Shown here: piece after piece, positions 59,178-64,000 of the stretch
Layout of the letters: each line of letters starts with the position of its first letter
How positions within the stretch are numbered: the stretch's first letter is position 1
Source of the DNA: Parcubacteria bacterium C7867-008
GTDB lineage: Bacteria; Patescibacteriota; Minisyncoccia; Phycocordibacterales; Phycocordibacteraceae
Reading direction: 5' to 3'
Assembly (NCBI GenBank): GCA_001189215.1
Contig: LFCR01000004.1
Span: forward strand, 313,635 to 377,634
Length of the DNA stretch: 64,000 bases
Made by a program: the position numbers and the translations under genes
Notes under the pieces: generated by a model
Told to the model about the DNA's origin: nothing
Database searches by the model: none
What the model saw: only the letters and a program-made list of their open reading frames with translations

Positions 59178-60179
59178 TTACTTCTTTTCAAGTGCTTCGA
59201 GGCGCTGAGCCAGGGTATCGGAAAAGGCCTTCAGGAGGTCGTCATCGATAACCGAGAGCGGTATAACTGCTTTGCCGGAGGCATCAGAAAGCTGCTTTAT
59301 CTTCTGTGTAAGCTCTTCTGGTGATATGAGATCGCACTTAGAAAGCATCACAATCTCCTCCTTCCCTTCCAAATTTCCACTAAACGATTCCAGTTCCTTT
59401 CGTATGGAATGGTAGCTTTCTACAACGTCTTCTTGCTCAGCCGAGACGAGATGTGCAATTATTTTAGTACGTTCTATATGGCGTAGGAACTTTGAACCAA
59501 GACCTTTGCCAGACGAGGAGCCTTCAATAAGACCTGGGATGTCTGCAATCATGTATCCGTAGAACTCACCGAGATGCGGATCAAGAGTAGTGAATGGATA
59601 GGATCCAACTTTGGACTGGGCGCGCGTTAATGCATTAAGGAGTGAGGACTTCCCTGCATTCGGGAACCCAACCAATCCAACATCTGCGATGAGTTTAAGG
59701 GTGATATGGATATCCCCAGCCTGCCCCGGTTTACCCGGTGTAGACTCCTTCGGATTCTGGTGTGAAGCAGTTTTGAAGTGAGGGTTACCAAGACCACCAA
59801 TGCCACCCTTGAAGATTATTTTCTCTTCACCGTCTTCAAAGAATTCATGCAACTCTTGCGTAGTGCAGTTCTTTGCAACCGTTCCAACAGGAACATTTAT
59901 CACTATATTCTCACCATCACGACCATGTTTATCGTTACTACCACCTGGTGCACCGTTCTCTGCATTGAACTTCTTTGCATAGCGATAGCGTGCAAGTACA
60001 CCAAGATCACGCACCGCGCGAAGGATAATATCGCCACCACGGCCACCATCACCGCCGGCTGGACCCGCTTTCTCATTACCCTTTATGTGCAGCCAGCGAA
60101 CCACGCCGTTTCCGCCGTGTCCTGCTCGTGCATGGATGTGCATTTCATCGATGAATGCCATATATGTCCACCCTATCAC
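59178..60179 (-). CDS. obg: GTPase Obg/CgtA
   Basis: Obg fold (FIDEMHIHARAGHGGNGVV...GGDGGRGGDIIL) plus a G-domain (GLVGFPNAGKSSLLN). The true start is probably the Met 6 codons in. Confidence 0.85.
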   Translation of the reverse strand: MIGWTYMAFIDEMHIHARAGHGGNGVVRWLHIKGNEKAGPAGGDGGRGGDIILRAVRDLGVLARYRYAKKFNAENGAPGGSNDKHGRDGENIVINVPVGTVAKNCTTQELHEFFEDGEEKIIFKGGIGGLGNPHFKTASHQNPKESTPGKPGQAGDIHITLKLIADVGLVGFPNAGKSSLLNALTRAQSKVGSYPFTTLDPHLGEFYGYMIADIPGLIEGSSSGKGLGSKFLRHIERTKIIAHLVSAEQEDVVESYHSIRKELESFSGNLEGKEEIVMLSKCDLISPEELTQKIKQLSDASGKAVIPLSVIDDDLLKAFSDTLAQRLEALEKK

Positions 60180-60214
60180 AAACGCCGTTTTGTACCATAT
60201 AGAGGTACTTTCGG

Positions 60215-60376
60215 TTAGTAATTAGAGATTCGGTACGCTATGAAGATTCCAACCAACCCACCTACGGCTCCAAAGATAACAGATGAAAATGAGAAGATGC
60301 CTGCACCCCATAAACTTGGAATATAACTTCCTACAAAGGAGCCAACAGCCATTCCTACAAAAATAACTTGTTTCAT
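60215..60376 (-). CDS. small Gly-zipper membrane protein (GlsB/YeaQ/YmgE-like)
   Basis: Hand-translated 53-aa ORF MKQVIFVGMAVGSFVGSYIPSLWGAGIFSFSSVIFGAVGGLVGIFIAYRISNY, below the ORF-track length cutoff. Confidence 0.35.
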   Translation of the reverse strand: MKQVIFVGMAVGSFVGSYIPSLWGAGIFSFSSVIFGAVGGLVGIFIAYRISNY

Positions 60377-60388
60377 TCCTGAATGATA

Positions 60389-61642
60389 CTACGCGTTACT
60401 TCCTGCAATGAATCCACTGGTCCAACACAACTGCAGTGAGTATCCGCCCGAGGGTCTGGTGATATGAAGAAGGTCCCCTACTATGAATAAATTCTCTATC
60501 TTCTGTGAACGCATCGTACGCATATCCATTTCGTTGAGCGGAACACCGCCATCAGCAACTACCGCTTTCTCGAACCCGAGAAGACCCGTAACAGTGAGTG
60601 TAAGACCTTTCAGGAGTTCTGTAAGTAGACGTCGTTCTTCCTTGGTCACACTGTGTGTCTTTGTTTCAGGATTAATCTCAGGAAGACGCTCGAGTAGTAC
60701 TTCAGTGGTGCCGTTTGGTACAAAGGTTCGCAGTGCATTTCTAAGTGAACGATTCTTAACCGTATCAAAATGATCACGTAGTTGCCGATCAAGAATACCC
60801 AGATCAATCTTCGGGAATAGGTCTATACGGGCTGTAACCAGTCCTTCGTGCAGAAGATCTGATACCTTCCCAGCAGCATTCAATATAGTTGGTCCTGAGA
60901 GGCCTTGATGAGTGAAAAGGATGGGTCCTTGTACCGAGAACTTTTGTTTGATCTCAGTGGTAAATGTGATTTTGACGTCAGGTAGTGATGTACCCGCAAG
61001 ATCCTTTACCCATGACTCCTTAACCTTAAGCGGTACTATGGTTGGTGTAGGAGCAATCACCGTGTGACCAAGAGTATTCAGCCAATTAAACCCGTCTCCA
61101 GTGGAACCGGTCTCAGGGTGTGAGAGGCCTCCCGTAGCAAAGATATATGAGGCAGCACTGTACTCTGTAGTTCCAGCGAGTATTGATTCAATACGTCCAC
61201 TTTTAGTTCGTATTTCCTGGACCGGTGCCTTGAGTTTCACCAAGACCTTTCCACTGATTAGTTGCGTACGAAAGAATTCAACCACATCTCGTGCATGTTC
61301 ACTTTTTGGAAAGGCACGTTTCTTTGCCTGAACGACGACTGGTAGCTTATTTGATTCAAAGAACTCGTACGCTCCTTTCATACCAAAGGTTGCGAATGGC
61401 GAGTGGAGGAATGGTTGCGCACTTCCATAGTTAGAAAGAAGGGTGTGTTCATCCTCCTCAGCATTTAATATGTTGCAGCGTCCTCCTCCTGATATAGCGA
61501 GCTTTTCTCCAAGCTTTGCGTTCTTCTCAAGCAGAAGCACGCGCTTACCGCGCGTGCTTGCTGTTACGGCTGCCATCATACCGGCAGCTCCCCCGCCGAT
61601 TACGATTACATCGTATGTTTCCTTTAGGTTTCTAGTACCCAT
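60389..61642 (-). CDS. FAD-dependent oxidoreductase, HI0933/BaiN-like family
   Basis: DVIVIGGGAAGMMAA dinucleotide-binding motif and the GGGRCNILN motif characteristic of the HI0933 family. Confidence 0.75.
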   Translation of the reverse strand: MGTRNLKETYDVIVIGGGAAGMMAAVTASTRGKRVLLLEKNAKLGEKLAISGGGRCNILNAEEDEHTLLSNYGSAQPFLHSPFATFGMKGAYEFFESNKLPVVVQAKKRAFPKSEHARDVVEFFRTQLISGKVLVKLKAPVQEIRTKSGRIESILAGTTEYSAASYIFATGGLSHPETGSTGDGFNWLNTLGHTVIAPTPTIVPLKVKESWVKDLAGTSLPDVKITFTTEIKQKFSVQGPILFTHQGLSGPTILNAAGKVSDLLHEGLVTARIDLFPKIDLGILDRQLRDHFDTVKNRSLRNALRTFVPNGTTEVLLERLPEINPETKTHSVTKEERRLLTELLKGLTLTVTGLLGFEKAVVADGGVPLNEMDMRTMRSQKIENLFIVGDLLHITRPSGGYSLQLCWTSGFIAGSNA

Positions 61643-64000
61643 CCTTCTGCTAGTAACGGCTCGGCTTTCTTATATTTGAGTGTTTGTGTCTTGTCTCCGT
61701 TACGGATCGTAACTGTGTCATTACGACCGTGCGTCTGATCATTCACTACAGGAGCGTTTTCTACATTTGCCGTGCCATCACCTCCTTCACTAGCAGCTAC
61801 CAGCTGACGACGAGTCTTTTCCTCCTGGGCACGTATACGCGCATCATCTGAAGGAACGATACGTGGAATAGCTTCTGTTATCTGCTGAATGATACCCTCT
61901 TCCATCTGACGGAATCGCATAAGGCCTTCACGACGATACTCAATGAGTGGATCACGCTGTCCATATGCACGAAGGGATACGGTGCGTCGTAGGTAGTCCA
62001 TGGTTTCGAGCTGTTCAAGCCAGAATGCATCGGTAACCTGGAGGATGAGACGGCGAAGGAGGAGTGCCCAAGTCTCTGGACCAAGCTCTTCACGCTTTGC
62101 TTCGTATGCAGCAATAGCAGCTTCATCGCCTGCAATCATGTCTTGTACGAGTCCTTCTATCTCTTCTGCAGTACCTACCAGTGCAGTACGGCGACGAGCA
62201 TACATAGAGAGACGTTGTGTATTCATCACATCGTCGTATGCAAGCACCTGCTTACGCGCATCAAAGTTGAATCCTTCGATACGCTTCTGTGCAGTCTCTA
62301 GTGACTTACTGATCATGCCGCTGGCAATCGGTTCATCCTCTGCAATCTTGAAGGTACCCATAACGTTCTTCAGCATGTCTGATGCGAATACACGCATGAG
62401 TTTATCTTCAAGCGATACATAGAATCGTGTCTCTCCCGGATCTCCCTGACGACCAGATCGTCCACGAAGCTGATTATCAATGCGACGTGCCTCATGGCGT
62501 TCAGTACCGATAACCGCAAGACCACCGAGTTCACGGACTTCTTCTTGCTCTGCAGGGTCAACGGGTGCGCCACCGAGCTTAATGTCCACACCACGACCTG
62601 CAAGGTTAGTTGCTACCGTCACACGACCCTTACGTCCTGCCTGTGCGATGAGTTCACCTTCACGTTCATGATTCTTCGCGTTAAGTATCTCGTGCGGAAT
62701 CTTTGCGTCTGCAAGGTACTGCCCGACAATCTCGTTATCTTCAATAGATACGGTACCAATAAGTACTGGCTGCCCCTTCTCTTGAAGGATACGCACCTCA
62801 CGCGCCAGCGCCATGTATTTACCCTTGTTGGTCTGAAAGATGAGATCGTTATGATCAATACGCTTAACGGCGCGATTCGTTGGCACCACCACCACATCAA
62901 GCTTATATACCGTGTAGAACTCTTCCTCGGAAGAAAGACCGGTACCGGTCATACCCCCAAGCGCTTCATACATGCGGAAGTAGTTCTGGAAGGTAACACT
63001 CGCATAGGTGCGCGTTTCTTTCTGAATTGAAAGACCTTCCTTTGCCTCAATGGCTTGATGAAGACCTTCGCTCCAGCGACGTCCCGGCTGCAGACGTCCC
63101 GTGAATTCATCCACGATAACGACTTCCCCATCTGCCACCACGTATTCCTTGTCCTTATGGAAGAGCGCTTTAGCACGAACGGCAGTTTCAAGATGATGCG
63201 CCAGCTTAACACCGCCCTCAGTATATAGATTCTCTATGTTGAGTGCTTTCTCTGCCTTAGTGATACCAGCATCAGTAAGCTGAATAGCACGCTCTTTCTC
63301 ATCAACAGTATAGTCTTCCTCTTTATTAAATCCTCGTGCGATGGCAGCAAACTTTTCATAGAGCTGTTCTGCGTCAGCAGCAGGGCCTGAAATGATAAGT
63401 GGCGTACGTGCTTCATCAATAAGGATGGAATCGATCTCATCCACGATTGCGTAGTGGTGGCCACGCTGCATGATCTGGGATGCGTCGTACGCAGTGTTAT
63501 CGCGGAGGTAATCGAAACCAAGTTCATTGTTGGTTGCGTACGTGATATCAGCCGCATAGGCTTCAATCTTGGTAGCGGGTCGAAGGAAGTCATAGAAAAC
63601 ACGGAATGAACCAGTCTCATCACGAGACTCATCTTCGCTCTTAGTTACGTGTGACGGGTCATAGAGGTAAGCACCACTTGAAGCAACCACACCAACAGTA
63701 AGTCCTAGGTAGTGATACACCTGACCCATCCACGCAGCGTCACGACGTGCGAGGTAGTCGTTCACTGTAACGAGGTGTACTCCTTTGCCTGCTAGTGCAC
63801 GAAGTGTTGCAGCAAGTGTTGCTACCAGTGTCTTTCCTTCACCTGTGCGCATCTCGGCAATCTTTCCCTTAGCGAGAGCAAGACCTCCAATGAGCTGTAC
63901 ATCATAGTGACGTTCTTTAAGGACGCGACGAGATGCTTCACGCACGAGTGCAAATACTTCAGCAATATCTGCATCCTTCTCAGGATGGCCGTCTGTACGC
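61624..64000 (-). CDS. secA: preprotein translocase SecA (5'-truncated by window edge)
   Basis: DEAD-like motor motifs (MRTGEGKTLVATL, IVDEIDSILIDEARTPLIISG). The first in-window residues, REASRRVLKERHYDVQLIGG, correspond to an internal SecA segment, so the N-terminus lies beyond 64000. Confidence 0.9.
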   Translation of the reverse strand, partial: RTDGHPEKDADIAEVFALVREASRRVLKERHYDVQLIGGLALAKGKIAEMRTGEGKTLVATLAATLRALAGKGVHLVTVNDYLARRDAAWMGQVYHYLGLTVGVVASSGAYLYDPSHVTKSEDESRDETGSFRVFYDFLRPATKIEAYAADITYATNNELGFDYLRDNTAYDASQIMQRGHHYAIVDEIDSILIDEARTPLIISGPAADAEQLYEKFAAIARGFNKEEDYTVDEKERAIQLTDAGITKAEKALNIENLYTEGGVKLAHHLETAVRAKALFHKDKEYVVADGEVVIVDEFTGRLQPGRRWSEGLHQAIEAKEGLSIQKETRTYASVTFQNYFRMYEALGGMTGTGLSSEEEFYTVYKLDVVVVPTNRAVKRIDHNDLIFQTNKGKYMALAREVRILQEKGQPVLIGTVSIEDNEIVGQYLADAKIPHEILNAKNHEREGELIAQAGRKGRVTVATNLAGRGVDIKLGGAPVDPAEQEEVRELGGLAVIGTERHEARRIDNQLRGRSGRQGDPGETRFYVSLEDKLMRVFASDMLKNVMGTFKIAEDEPIASGMISKSLETAQKRIEGFNFDARKQVLAYDDVMNTQRLSMYARRRTALVGTAEEIEGLVQDMIAGDEAAIAAYEAKREELGPETWALLLRRLILQVTDAFWLEQLETMDYLRRTVSLRAYGQRDPLIEYRREGLMRFRQMEEGIIQQITEAIPRIVPSDDARIRAQEEKTRRQLVAASEGGDGTANVENAPVVNDQTHGRNDTVTIRNGDKTQTLKYKKAEPLLAEGWVLET

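Overview
The window is bacterial DNA with a standard genetic code. It is consistent with a small-genome Patescibacteria/CPR-like lineage, but that is a guess from gene content; a Patescibacteria/CPR-like host is only a guess. Gene calls are dense and almost all are on the minus strand. Four blocks are visible. (1) 42-10955 is one tightly packed 13-gene minus-strand cluster. It carries a membrane-tethered chaperone set (GrpE-like, an 837-aa Hsp70-family ATPase, a J-domain-like protein without HPD), then Yip1-like and Cys-rich membrane proteins, an AAA+ ATPase, SppA peptidase, a TauE-like permease and a TrpR/YerC-like regulator. (2) About 11.0-35.6 kb is a podovirus-like prophage or phage remnant with no recognisable integrase. 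Its gene order is XRE-HTH + NYN nuclease, a lysis cassette (holin-like, Amidase_2 endolysin, small TM), tail and internal-virion proteins, major capsid, scaffold, portal, large and small terminase, a ParB-N6 methyltransferase fusion, a replication initiator with lambda-style internal iterons, an AAA_24/Sak4-like ATPase and a SymE/AbrB-fold protein. A 16-nt motif (TATCTGTAGGAATTAC on the plus strand) recurs four times just upstream of the phage late operons. (3) Host gap (GAPDH) with a clean intrinsic terminator, a Thr/Gly-rich secreted protein, and a single 17.2-kb ORF encoding a 5,746-aa giant surface protein. That protein has an N-terminal cytoplasmic HTH, one TM, more than 13 copies of an undescribed ~45-aa module, two LVIVD beta-propellers, phage tail-fibre repeats, a phage Peptidase_S74-like intramolecular chaperone domain, an Ig-like domain and a PT-linker encoded by a 3 x 24-bp tandem repeat. 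A 755-bp AT-rich upstream region carries a repeated TATCCGA motif and a palindrome abutting the start codon. The next gene upstream encodes a small paralogous HTH-TM protein. (4) Housekeeping genes gatB, obg, an FAD oxidoreductase and 5'-truncated secA. No rRNA, tRNA or CRISPR was found.
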